DNA of 62,961 nt, filler included, from Conidiobolus incongruus B7586 (taxonomy: Eukaryota), in NCBI GenBank assembly GCA_000697335.1. It is 18 parts of 18 records of this genome, joined end to end, with 100 filler letters (N's around TTAATTAATTAA, not from the genome) between each part and the next. Parts side by side here need not be neighbours in the genome. Positions count along the whole stretch, not along the records: positions 23,176 to 29,133 come from JNEM01003713.1; positions 29,234 to 30,505 come from JNEM01003714.1; positions 30,606 to 32,596 come from JNEM01003715.1; positions 32,697 to 34,435 come from JNEM01003716.1; positions 34,536 to 38,469 come from JNEM01003717.1; positions 38,570 to 53,923 come from JNEM01003718.1; 12 more parts are not named here. The stretch is one strand, 5' to 3'. Position numbers and translations under genes: made by a program. Under the pieces are notes generated by a model that was given only the letters and a program-made list of their open reading frames with translations, did not search any database and had not been told where the DNA came from. Shown here in pieces: positions 26,214 through 39,800 of the stretch. Positions within the stretch are counted from its first letter, which is position 1. Each line of letters starts with the position of its first letter.

Positions 26214-28229
26214 ATTATAACTTTAGATATTTATGTCTATGATGGTTAAATAATATTAATGTGAAATTTAATCATTCAACTTGTTTAAAGTTATACTTTT
26301 TGAAAATGAATAATTTTCAATATATTTTTTTATCAAAAGAATTTAAAGGAAATTTTAATATATAATTCAATCTTTGTCTTTTCCAACTGATGATATAAAT
26401 TAATATGAATCAAATATTTGAAATTTTATATGCTTTGGTTATTTATAAAGTTTATAATATATTAATTTGATTTAATATATTTTAATCTAATTATTATTAA
26501 ATTTATTATTTTTTCCATTTCCTAATATTAAAAACTTATATTTGGTTGATGATAAATAATATATTTTTATCTATGAAAAAATATAATAAATTCACTTAAG
26601 TTTATAATTTTTTAATTTAAAAAATAAATTTATAAAAAAAATATATAAAATTAATTTTGATTTTAGAAAAACCTTATTAATTTTTTTTTCAAAATAAAAT
26701 AATAAATTATTAGAAATTAGAGATCAAAATTTATATCTTATATTATAATTGAAAATACCACAAAAAAAATTTATTATAATTATATTATTTTAAATAATAT
26801 TGAATATTAATATACTTGAGAATTTTTAAATAAATTAATTTACTATAATATTTGATATTTAATATTTTAAAACATTAATTCCCATTATATCATTAATATT
26901 AAAAATGGTTTTGATAATTCATAATATTAAGAATATATATTGGTTTTATTTTTGCTAAAAGATAGTGGATTTGGATTTATTAAGAAAAATGCCAATATGT
27001 TAATTGAATAAAACGAACTCTTAAAAAATTATCAATTTTTTTTCTATTAGGCTTAATTCGTTAATTAATAGATATTTTGGATTTTTTCCATTCTATAAAA
27101 CATAATGGTTAATAAGCTAAAACATTGATATTTATAAAATATCCATCTTTATATTTTTTAATAATGAATACCTAGTTTCCTTTTATAATTCTTTTTCATT
27201 ATTGAAAGAATAAAATATAGAAATATAAAAAAATTAGGAATTCATTAATTAAATTTATAAATTTTAAAAAATTTAGTCAATATTAGTGAAAAATTTCAAC
27301 TAATATTTTGGGTTAGTTATGATGTTTTTTTTTAAAAGAATTAAAATATTTAAATATATTTCATCCAATTCCTTAGATTTTAAAGTTATATTCATTGGTA
27401 TAAGTGGTCAATTTTTTATATTTTTCATAATATTGAATTTTCATCAAATAATAGATAATGTTAATAAATTGGCAATATTAAAATAATCCATGCTAATGAA
27501 CAAATATTTATATATTCTGATATATAGTTAATATAATTTTGAAGATATATAAGTTAAATAAATATATATCTTAAAAAATTAAAAAATTCAATAATTAATT
27601 TTTAATATAATTAAATAAAATATTGATCTTTTAAATAATAATTGTTAAATATTTTTGAATAAAATTAAAGACATATAAATTAATAAAACCTGATAAATAT
27701 TATTAAGTTCAAAATGAATTAATATAATAATAAAATATTCTGACTCTATTTTAAACGTCATTATATCCATCATATAAAAGACTCATAATCTAAATTATAT
27801 TATTTATTCTTATTGTATTATATTATTTTAAATAGTTGAAAATAATATAATTAAGAAATTTATATTAAAATATTGTTATAATCAAATAAAGTTAATATTA
27901 TAATATATACTAATAATTTTAATTAAATTTTAATTATTTTTATAACTTTAAATCTATTAAGTATTTTAAAAATAATCATTAAAAATATAATATTTTACAA
28001 ATATTCAGAATAATAAGATTTTATTTAAAATAGAATAAAATTATCAAGATAATGATTTATATCTGTAATATTAATAATATTTTTAATTTAATTAAATTAA
28101 TTAAGTGAAATATTTCTTTTATAAAGTTAATTTTATATATTGATATAGAAATGAATTAATGACAAAATTTTAATATTAAAATTATATAGAGATACTAATA
28201 TATAATTTACTAAGATTAATATATAATAA

Positions 28230-29133
28230 AAGGTTGATATTTTTTACTATCATTTATATCTTTTAGTTATATTTTTAAGTAAATTTTAATTTTCACTTAA
28301 TATTTCCTTTTATTAAAGACGAAAATTTAATATTTTATAAATTAACTTGATTTGTTTACAAAAACTTTTATCAGTATATTTATTAAATACCTCTAATTCT
28401 TATAATTATATTTGTCGTAATTTACTAAATATTATAGATATAATAGCTTTAATTTTTTATATATAAAATCTTTTATAAGTTTATCTTTTTATATTTTGTA
28501 ATTATTATATAAGATGACAAATATCCTTATTTTATAATAAAAATATAGATTAAAGTTTGTATGATTTCAAAATAATATAAAGCCTGTTATTAAAGTATTT
28601 ACCTTTGAAGGTAAAATAAAAAGTCATAAATTATTGTAATCTAAAATAATAGTTAATATTTACTCATATATTAAATTATTTGTATATTTGAATTAATAAA
28701 ATGGATTATTTTAACCTAGACTAATATTATATTTTGTTTTTTAATAATGAATTATATTGAAAAATTTCAAGTATATAAATTATCATAATTTATTTTGAAT
28801 ATTTTACTTTTAGTTATATTTTAATATATTTTGTTTTAATATAGATATTGTTATTTCTAATATCGATTAATTATTAAAGTATTAATATAATTAATACTTA
28901 GTTTTTTAAATAATTCTTGAAATGAATTCAAACGGTATCTTTCAAAGTATTTTTATATCAGTAAATAAAAGCTAAAAATATAAATTAATCAAGATTTAAT
29001 AAAAACTAACTATTATCCTTTTTAAATTTGAAATAACTAATTAATTATTAATTATTTTATAAAAAATTTCAATTTATTAGATATTTATAAATTTTATATA
29101 ATTTTAAAATTTATATAAATAAATGTTAATATT
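28230..29133 (-). mobile_element. Older, more divergent mariner-family relic
   Basis: Blocks such as tttattaaagacgaaaatttaatattttataaattaa (~28309) and tattttgtaattattatataa (~28492) align in order with the minus-strand copies. Boundaries are approximate. Confidence 0.6.
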
Positions 29134-29233
29134 NNNNNNNNNNNNNNNNNNNNNNNNNNNNNNNNNNNNNNNNNNNNTTAATTAATTAANNNNNNNNNNN
29201 NNNNNNNNNNNNNNNNNNNNNNNNNNNNNNNNN

Positions 29234-30505
29234 TTTAAAATAATGGGAAATTTTTTAATTTCTAATTTTTCAAATATATTATTAGTTTGAAATTAATAAT
29301 TATATACAAAATTAATAGGAAATTATATATTCTTAATATATATATATATATAATGTTTTTTTTGATTAAAAATTAATATTTTAAAATTAGTTGTTTAATT
29401 TAATTATTCTTAAACTAAATAATAATTATCAAAAGTTTTTGATTATAGTATTAATAAAACTTAACTACAAACTCTATAAAATTATTTAAAATTTACAAGC
29501 AACTTTTGATAATAAAATATTATCTAAATCAACAATTTATTGCTAGATAAATTATTTTAAAACTAAGAAAGAAACTATCTAAAACCTGCTAAAATCTAAA
29601 AAACTAACTTTAATTATCATTTTTTCAATTGTTAATAGAGTAAAAAAATATATTGAAAAGCACCTTTTTATTTCAGCTAAAGAATTATCTAAGTACTTTA
29701 ATATTAATGTTATAAGTATTTTATATATATTAAAGTTTAAACTCAAATTAATAAATAAAAATATAAAATAAATACCTTATAATTTAACTAAAGCTTAAAA
29801 AAAAACCAAAGTAGTTATTATTAAACAAAATTTATTAAAATATTAATAGAAGCTTAAACTTTTATAATAAATAATTATAATTGATAAATCTTAAATCTTT
29901 ATATATAATCCTTTACTAAAACACAAATCAAAATGTTAAATTAAGTTAAATTAACTCTTTTTACAAATCCCTCTATATAGATATTTTGTTAATAAACAAA
30001 TGTTAATTATTAAAATAGATGATAATAATATATATTACTCTTATTTAATTCATGAAGGAAAATCAATTAATAGTAAACTTTATATTGTTTTTTAAATAAA
30101 ATCATTTCTAATTAATATTTTCAATATAATTTAGAAAAAACCTATTATTTTGCATAATAATTATAAAATATATAAATTTAAAGTTATAAAAAACTTTCTA
30201 ATTAAAAATAACTAGAAAAAGCTACTATATCTAATATACTCTTTAGATTATAACTTATATGATTATAATTGCTTTAGGTAATTAAAAAACTAGCTTGTAA
30301 AAAAGAAAATTTCTATAAAAAAACTTAATTAGTTTATAAACAATTAAATTTTAGTCTTTAATAAAAAGAATTATTTTTTAAATATTAAATCTTTATTAAA
30401 AGTATAGTAAAAGTTATTAATAATAAAAAAACTATTAAATTTATATTATATATTTATTTTTATATATTATATATTAAAATATTTATTTATTTTTAATCAC
30501 AAAAA
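29234..30505 (+). mobile_element. Near full-length mariner (D,D34D) copy, hypermutated
   Basis: Starts inside the TIR (aaataatgggaaatt). Conceptual translation: LQATFDNKILSKSTIYC*INYFK (HTH region), K*IPYNLTKA*K (WVPHEL-type motif), IIDKS*IFIYNP (first D), KQMLI, EGKSINSKLY, PIILHNN, N*KKLLYLIYSLDYNLYDYNCF (YSPDL region). Confidence 0.93.
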
Positions 30506-30605
30506 NNNNNNNNNNNNNNNNNNNNNNNNNNNNNNNNNNNNNNNNNNNNTTAATTAATTAANNNNNNNNNNNNNNNNNNNNNNNNNNNNNNNNNNNNNNN
30601 NNNNN

Positions 30606-31910
30606 AATAAGAAATTATTTAATTTTTGATTTTTCAAATATATTATTAATTCCAAATAAAAAAATATATACAAAACAAATATGAAAATAAATAGTTTTGA
30701 ATTATGTATATATTTATATATAATAATTTTTTTGATTAAAAAATTAATTTTTTAAAATAGTTTGTTTAATTTAATTATATTTAAACTAAATAATAAGCAT
30801 CAAAAGTTTTTTATTTTAATACTAGCAAAACTTAACCATAATCCCTTTAAAATCATTTAAAATTTATAAGTAGCTTTTAATAATGAAGTATTATATATAT
30901 TAACAATTTATTACTAGATAAATTACTTTAAAGTTAATAAAGAAACTACTTAAAACCTGTGAAAATTTAGAAGATTAATTTCAAATATCATTTTACTAAT
31001 TGTTAATAAAATGAAAAATTATATTGAAAAGTATCTTTTTATTTCAGCTAAAGAATTATCAAAATATTTTATTATTAGTCACATAAGTATTTTATATATA
31101 TTAAAGTTTAAATTAAAATTAATTAATAAAAATATAAAATAGGTATCTTATAATTTAACTAAAGCTTAAAAAAAAGCTTAAATAACTATTATTAATAAAA
31201 ACTTACTAAAGTATAGCTAGAAACCAAAGCTTTTACAATAAATTATTATAATTGATGAATCTTAGATTCTTTTATATAATCCATTGTTAAAATATAAATC
31301 AAGGTGTTGGATTAAGCTAAATTAACCCTCTCCACAAATTTTTTTAAATAAATAGCTTATTGATAAGCAAATGTTAATTGTTATAATAGATTATAATAGC
31401 ATATACTATTTTTATTTAATTCTTAAAGAAAAATCAATATATAGTAAACTTTATGTATTTTTTTTAAATAAAAGTATTTTTAATTGGTATTCTTAATATA
31501 ATTTGAAATAACCTATTATTTTGCATAATAATTATAAAATTCATAAATCAAAAGTTATAAAAAAAACTTTCTAGTTAAAAAAAACTAGAAAAAACTACCA
31601 TATCTAGTATATTCTTTTGATTATAACCTTTGTGATTATAATTGTTTTGGGCAATTAAAAAACCAGCTTATAGGAAAGAAAATTTTTATATAAAAATTTA
31701 ATTAGTTTGTGAAATATCAAATTTCAGTCTTTAATAAAAAAAAACTGTTTTTTAAATATTAGATCTTTATTAAAAGTGTAGCAAAAAGCTATTAGAAATA
31801 AAAGAAATTATTAATTTTATATTATATATTTATTTTTACTTTATATATATTAAAATATTCATTTTTTTTCAATCACAAAAAGTTCCCAATATTTAAATTA
31901 TAAAGTAATA
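30606..31910 (+). mobile_element. Near full-length mariner copy with 3' TIR; among the best-preserved copies
   Basis: IIDES*ILLYNPLLKYKSRCWIKLN*PSPQI (~31248-31340) and LHNNYKIHKSKV...KLPYLVYSFDYNLCDYNCFGQLKNQLIGKK (~31521-31681) give 34 residues between the second and third catalytic positions once a 1-2 nt slip in an A-run (~31560) is corrected. Ends ttcccaatatttaaattataaagtaaTA. Confidence 0.93.
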
Positions 31911-31959
31911 ATTTTAAAAAGTTGATAAAAATAAGATATATAAAATTAATTTTTTTCAA

Positions 31960-32596
31960 TATATAAATATATAGTTTATAATAATCTAATAATTAAAATA
32001 TTTTTATTTAAAAAATTAAAATTCAATTTAATTATAACAAAATTTAATTTTAATTATCAAAAGTTTTTAATATAAATATTATTAAAATTCAAACATAAAC
32101 CCTTTAAAATTATTTAAGTTATAATAAATGTATAGATATAATATTTTATCTAAATTGATTATTTATCACTAATTTTATTATTTTTAAGCTAAAGAGGATA
32201 TTATTTAGATTTTACCTAAATCGAAAAAAATAATTCTTTTATTTTTTTTAAATAACTAATATAATATTTAAATATCATAAATATATCTTATTATATTAGT
32301 AAACTAATTATTTATGTTATATAATATTAATTATATAAGTATATTATAAATATCAAGGTTTAAACTTAAATTAATCAATGAAAATATAATATAAATATTA
32401 TATAATTCAATTAAAGCGTAGAAATACTTAAATAATCATATTTAAATAAAAATATTAAAATATAATCAAAAGTAGAGATTTTTATAATAGATTATTATGA
32501 TCGATAAATCTTAAAGCCTTTTATATTATATTTTGATTAAAAATAAAATAAAATACTAAGCTAAGATAAAACAGTTATATTTATAAATTCTAATAA
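31960..32596 (+). mobile_element. Older, divergent mariner 5' fragment
   Basis: Blocks aattatcaaaagtttt, aaaccctttaaaattattt, aaggtttaaacttaaattaat and atcgataaatcttaaa follow the family order. Confidence 0.65.
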
Positions 32597-32848
32597 NNNN
32601 NNNNNNNNNNNNNNNNNNNNNNNNNNNNNNNNNNNNNNNNTTAATTAATTAANNNNNNNNNNNNNNNNNNNNNNNNNNNNNNNNNNNNNNNNNNNNTGGT
32701 TAATTTAATAATATACCTATATTTATAAAAAATCTTTATAGAAAATTTTTATTAAAATGTTTGAAAACTTTAAAAATTATATTAAATAGTTATTAATAAT
32801 AAAAGAATATGTTAGTTTTATATTGTTTATTAATCTTTATAACTTATA

Positions 32849-34416
32849 TACATTAGCTTATAAAAATAAGCTATAAAATCAAAATTATTTATTTATTTAC
32901 TTATATTTTAAACAATTCTTAATTAAATGAATTTAAATTAAAATATATAATTTACCTATATTAGTTGATTATAATAACTATAATTGATTATATTTCATTA
33001 ACTATTGGTTAATATTTTAAAACCTAAAATTTAACTAAGGTGAGTTATAAATTTATAGGTTTATAAGTTAAAGGGATATAAATAACAAAACTTATATATA
33101 TCTTTTTTTGTTATATTATATGTATTATAATACTATTAAGTTAATATTTTAAAATTAATATTATAATACTTAAATCTCTCTCTAAAAAAGTCCACTTATA
33201 TATTAATTAATTTTATAATGAAAATAAATTAACTTATAAGATTATTAGAATTACTAATATTAGCTAATTTACTATAGCTAGGGTTATTAAGATTAATATT
33301 AAAAAAACACCTAAATTAAAACTTAAGTGTGTTAAAATTATAGAAAAATATAATAAAAAATATATTTATAGATTAGTTAATATAGGTAAATATAATACTA
33401 TTATAGAAATACAACAAGAATTATAAAAATATACAAAAATATTAGTTAGTATTAATATTATTATATATACTTTATATTAGAATAGATATTATTTACACCT
33501 TAAGAAAAAACACCCTTAACTGAAAGAATCTTACTATAAAGTTTAGTAAAAGTTTAAATACAATATTAAAGTTAAATTAAAATTAATTAAAAAAAGTTAT
33601 TTAATTTAATGAAACATAGATATATCTTAATAAATCTAATAAAAAAGCTAAATATTTCAAAAAAAAAAATAAAAAACTACTTTATAATTATTATGTTATT
33701 TTAACTTAAAAGTACAATAATATGTTAATTATAATTTAAGAATAAATGTTATCTTTAGATATAAAATAACTTTATAAAGTTTATAAGGGAATTAATATTA
33801 AGATATATTAAAATATTTTAAACAATAAATCAAAAAAAAATTATTAAGTAATATAGGTTAAATAAATCATACATTATTTTTGAACAAGATAATAACTTTT
33901 GTTATATTATAAATTCTACTATTAAATAGCTTAAAAATAACAAAATAACTATTATAAAATAACCTCCTTAATCCTTTAATTTTAATCTAATTAAATATCT
34001 TTAGGATTAACTAAAAAAATTAAATAAAGTTTTTTACTTAACAGAAAATATAAATTAATTTTAAGAGTATATTTAAAAAGCTTAAAATAATATTAATCTT
34101 ATTTAATATACAAAGTTAACTGACTTTATATCTTATAAATTTAAATAGGTTAAAAAAATAAAAGATAGATATACTAGATTTTAATTTTTTTATCAATATT
34201 AAAACTTACAAATTTATAACTCATCTTAAATATATTTTTAGTTTTAATATATTAATTAATAATAGATTAAATTTAACTTGGTATATTATGTTATAAATAA
34301 AATATATATATTAATCACATAGGTTAATATAAGCTTATTTAAATTAGAACTAATTAAGATATTAATAGAAATATATATATTTTTAATTTTATTACTTACT
34401 TTTATAGGTTAATATA
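32849..34416 (+). mobile_element. Full-length Tc1-family (DD34E) element with long IR/DR-type inverted repeats, hypermutated
   Basis: Ghost ORF ~33165-34184 with KVI*FNET for VIWSDET and EQDNNFCYIINSTIK*LKNNKITIIK*PP*SFNFNLIKYL*D for QQDN..CH....WPPQSPD.NPIEHLWD (34-residue spacing). Left aaggtgagttataaatttataggttt is the inverse of right aaacttacaaatttataactcatctt, and the outer ends also match. Confidence 0.88.
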
Positions 34417-36238
34417 TATTAATCTTATAATATAANNNNNNNNNNNNNNNNNNNNNNNNNNNNNNNNNNNNNNNNNNNNTTAATTAATTAANNNNNNNNN
34501 NNNNNNNNNNNNNNNNNNNNNNNNNNNNNNNNNNNATAAACTTATATTTAAAACGATAGAGAACCTTGATAATATTATATAATAATCAACATAACCACAA
34601 TATATTATTAATGATTCTATTTAATATTATATTAATTAATAAATATAAATCAATTAAAATATAATATTATTTAATCAATTTATAAATATATACTATAATA
34701 TTTATATATTCGAAATAAAATTTATTATTAATGATATATATTTAATTAAAATATTGGAATATCAGCTGAGTTATTAAAATTATATTATATCGAATATTCT
34801 TGTTTATTTTAAATTAAAATATTTTTTAAGGAATTTGGGTAAAAATTTATTCAATCAATAGTAATTAATTAAATTAAACTGACATTATAAATTAGGATAG
34901 TTATAATATATTTATATTAATTAAATAAAATGATCAGATATTATTTTTATCTTATCTAAATTAAAATATTATATATATTTAACTAATCAATTTAAAAAAT
35001 ACCAAAATATAACAACATATAAATATTTAAAGATATAATCTTAATTTTATTATTATTATATTAATTAAAGTCAATTATTATAAATTAAATATAATAGTTT
35101 TATTGAAATCTATTATTTATAATAAATTTTATATTTTTACAAATTTATTATATTATACATTGATCAGAATTTGGTATAATTAAATTTATTTGAATATTAT
35201 TCTGATATTCAAGATCATTGTTTATATAATCTATTTATGAAATATATAAAAAACCTAATATTTTTGAATATGATATTAAATATAGGTATTTAAAAAATAT
35301 TTTTTAATTAATTAGTCTTTGATATAAATTATTTTGAAATTAAATAAAGGGATTAAAGCTAGTTAATAAAAATCCTAAATAATTTCCTTTTATACCATAT
35401 ATATCAAGGGTGAATTATATTTATATAATAATATTGATTTAATTTATATATATAAGAATAACCTACTCCAATTATCTACACTGATTTTATATATATTATA
35501 TTGATATTGTATAATAATTTAATATTTCTATTATTGTGGCTTTGATATTATATAATATTTCTAGCATTAGTGAAATAATTACTCTGACCCTAAAAGGCTG
35601 AATTAAGGGTTAATATTTATTATTCACCTAGTTAATTCCAGAATTACCTGAGTTGTTATTAGCACTCAGAATTTAAAAAATATATAGTTTTTTCTTGATT
35701 AATGGCTTTATATAAAGTTAAAATAACTATATTAAAAAGTTATTTCTTTGAATGATTTATGATTACTCATATTATTTAAAGTAGAATTATTCAAATATTT
35801 GATTAATTAAAAAAGGCATATTGATATTTAAAATACTAAAAATTTGATTACATGGTTTTGTATTATCTTAATTTTAAGTCAATATCATATCTCTTTATGT
35901 TTGATTAAATTTAATACTATTTTAAAATTATTATAAATATTAAAAATAACTAAAATTACATAATTATAATATGTCAAGTTATCGACAACTTATAAAATAA
36001 TAAGTTATAAAAATATATTATATTTTAAATAAATAAGCCACTATAATAAATGAGCATAATATATAATGTACAACATATTGAACACATTGATTTAGTTAGG
36101 TATATTCAAGATAAACCAAAAATGGTTCGCTTATAAAACCCCTGAATATTTATGAATTTTTATTAGATTAAATTTCTTAATAATTCTTTAAATTAAAATT
36201 TTGAATTTAGAATTTCAAAACGATATAAATTAGAGAAT

Positions 36239-36880
36239 TTACATCAATATATTTCTTATCGCTATTTCTCTTGATTTTTAACTTTTATCCTTCTTTACCC
36301 TTGGTGGTTTTGTATCAAGTAAATTCACTATTGACAATGGCTTAACTTTTCCAAATCTGTCTTTTCTATCTCCTTTGTTGGTTTATTCCTAGTTGTTAAA
36401 TCTTTTTGACCATCCATCCTTTTGGTATTCCTTCAAATTTTCCTTGACTAATCACTTGTGTTGTGGAGCGCGCGGCTGGCTGAATTACACCCGGTTCTCT
36501 CCCATTAGCTTGCTTTTCGGGTATTATGTTGATAATGAAACATTTGCTAACTGAGTTAGAAGTTTCAAAGAATAACATTATCAAATAAAAGCAAGATCAG
36601 GGTAACTATACGCAGGGTCACTGTTTATTGGGCTTGACCACCCTTCACAAGTAGGTGTCAAGTGAGAATAACTTAAGGAATTATTATCCTCAAGGATATG
36701 ATGTGAGTCCTATATGTATACTCATACTTTTGGATTAGTCTTCTTTATTTTACCACTGTTTATATACTGCTTCTGTTCTGACATTTTGATATCTTTATTT
36801 ATAAATACTGTATTCATTGGGCTTAAATTTTGGTTCTTTTATTACTGATTGTATTCTTTAGCTAAATTTATCTGGTAGTG
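36239..36880 (-). pseudogene. Decayed coding-like segment of unknown identity
   Basis: GC-elevated island whose minus strand reads as interrupted protein-like text ending ...DRFGKVKPLSIVNLLDTKPPRVKKDKS*KSREIAIRNILM*. It has multiple stops and frameshifts and no recognisable domain. Confidence 0.35.
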
Positions 36881-39800
36881 TATTATTTTAATCTATTGCA
36901 TTATTTGTTTTGGTAATTATTTTTATAGATTTAGAATATGTTTTATTATGGCCTCTTAATAAACATTTTATTTACCTCTTTTATTAAAATTAAGTATTTT
37001 TTTATATTATTAATAAATAATTCTTATTTAAATTATTGTTCTTTTATATATATTTTTTATACTTTTTCTAAATCAATTTATATAAATTGTTTATTAGCTT
37101 CATTATATTATTAATATTATTCTATATTAGCAAGTAATCTTTTAAAACAATTATATAAATATATTAATTAATATTCGATAAAATTATTTTTTAATTTTCA
37201 TTTATTTAATTACATTGCTTGAAAATAAAGTTATAAAATATATTTCACCAACATAAGCTTTTAAAAAGTTATTACAATCTTTTTTTTAATTATAAAAGTT
37301 GTAATAGCTTGCTTTTGCAAGGTAAAAAAGGGGGAAAATATTCCTTAAGTCCTGATATGATAGCAGTAGCAATTGTGCGATTATATGCTTAAGTAGGATA
37401 AAAAAAGGATGATTCATATGAAGTAAAATGAATTGATTTATTAATATTAACTGATACAAGTCTTATTAAAGGAAAAAAGAAGAAATATGTATAAAGAAGA
37501 TAATTATTAGACAAAGAAAAATCAAAAAAGAGATAAGGTTGTATTAAGCAGAATATTCATAATATCATATTTGCTATGACAAATAAATTAGGCATGAGGT
37601 CGAGGGTATGGGGAAGGTGTATTGTTCAATCTCAGGACAATACGGAAATTATTAGATTATTAAAATTAGCTTTTATATTGACTATTTTTAATTACATTTA
37701 AAAACTTTTACTTTGTTCAAAAACGAAATTTTATATTAATATAAAATAAGTTTATTAAACACTGTTGTAAATATTATAAAAATTTGTAATTTTTATATAA
37801 GATTTGAAAAATTAATTTATTTAAATTTTAAATACTTAATATAAAATTAAATATAATATTAATAGTCTTAATCAAAGTTTAATAAAATATATTACTGATA
37901 ACCAAATTAAAATTTAATTTTAGAAATATTTATTATATAATAAATTTTCATTTAATATGTGTAATCAGTTAATTACAAATCTATTCAAATTTTATTTATT
38001 TTGAATTAAATAATAATCAGAATATATATCAATTACTAAAGAGAGTATATTAAATATTCTTATTTGTGATTTTTATAATATAATGGTTTTTGAATAAATA
38101 ATTATATCAGAATAAATAGGAGAAATTATATTTCTATATTTTTTAAATAAATATATATATAATTTCATTTGTAATAATTCTTTTATCAAAATATTTCTAT
38201 AATTAATAATTTAATTTAATCTTATATAAACTAAAAAGGAATTACCAAAATTATTTCAAAATAATCAAATTTAATTTTAATCTTTTTAAAACTATTTAAA
38301 ATATATAGTCTATTGATTAAGATAATAATTTTATCAAAAATTATTATTAATTACTAGCTTTTTTATTTTAATTATATAAATGATTTTGTAATAAATTTGA
38401 TAATATTTATATCATTTATTGTTTTTTAATAAGTTATAAAAAGTATTAAAATATATCCTTTTATTTTTANNNNNNNNNNNNNNNNNNNNNNNNNNNNNNN
38501 NNNNNNNNNNNNNTTAATTAATTAANNNNNNNNNNNNNNNNNNNNNNNNNNNNNNNNNNNNNNNNNNNNAATAATTAAATATAATTATTAAATTTTTGAA
38601 TTGACAATATATTTAAGATATCAATAATAAAAAAATTTACCATTTGTTTTTTTATTAAATAATAACTAAATATAAGCTAATAATAATATTTAAAATATAT
38701 TACAATTTAACCTTTAGATATGAAATTCAATTTACTATAAAATATATAATTTATTCTATTACTTTATAATATTATTTTGTAATCAAATGTGATTATAAAA
38801 AATGATTATATGAAAATATTTGATTATTGACCCTTTATCTTTGATAAATTAAAAAACTAATTTTCCAATTCTAAATAATTTTGATAAACATAATTTGTAA
38901 ATTATTGCTTGATTTTAAATATTGCATATTAATTTAATATTTGGTCATAGCAAATTTTAATATGTTTAAAAATTAAAAATTATAAATATTATAAAAAAAT
39001 TAAATTATTTATTTATTAATAATTATTATATTTCTAATATTTAATTTTTGTACTCAATTTCTTTGCTCGTTCAATTAATAATAAGAATATCAATTTAAGC
39101 AAAAACTAAAAATATAAATAAAATACTTATCCAAGTTTCAATATTGTTTCACAAACTTGTGCCATATATTTTACAAATTGGAACCTTTAATGAATATTCA
39201 TGATTAAAATGATAATATTTAATTAAATAATTAGAAAATGATGAATCAATTATAAATATACTATAATAGTAATTAATTAAAAAATTTATAAGATTATTTA
39301 TTTCTATTTCAGGATATAAAATGAACAAATTTCACTTATTTAATTGGGTGGCTACAAATTTGGCTAAGATCAGCTATGACGAAAAAACAAAGCAAATATT
39401 AGTATTTTGATTGGTATTGATTCTAAATTTATGGATATTACCTCTACTTATGGAAAATGATACTGAATCTAATATTTTAATCCAAAAATCTAGATATTGT
39501 TAATAATTATTCTAGCATTTTTGAATAATATCAATACTCAGTTATGATAGTTGATCATAAATCAACAAGTTTCAAAGTTGGCAAAAATAAATATAATATG
39601 AGAATGATTATATTATAGTAAATTTTTACATAATTTCAAATATATTTTAAATAAATATGAAATAGTAAATTTATTAATATTAATAAGAAATAAAAGATGA
39701 TATTCTTTAAAATAATATATATTTATTAAAAAATACTATGCATAAATAATCGAAATAACAATAATCAAAATTTGTGTTAAATTTAATTAATATTCAATTC

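Noticed and set aside
36585..36625. GATCAGGGTAA...CGCAGGG resembling the 3' half of a TPP riboswitch
   Set aside because: The P5 stem cannot pair, the CUGAGA/P2-P4 context is missing, and no thiamine gene is nearby.
39300..39480. TTTGGCTAAGATCA match to U2 snRNA, and an exon-like patch after tttcag
   Set aside because: Only 14 nt match, with no GTAGTA branch-pairing sequence or 5' stem. The patch has stops in all plausible frames and no recognisable homology.
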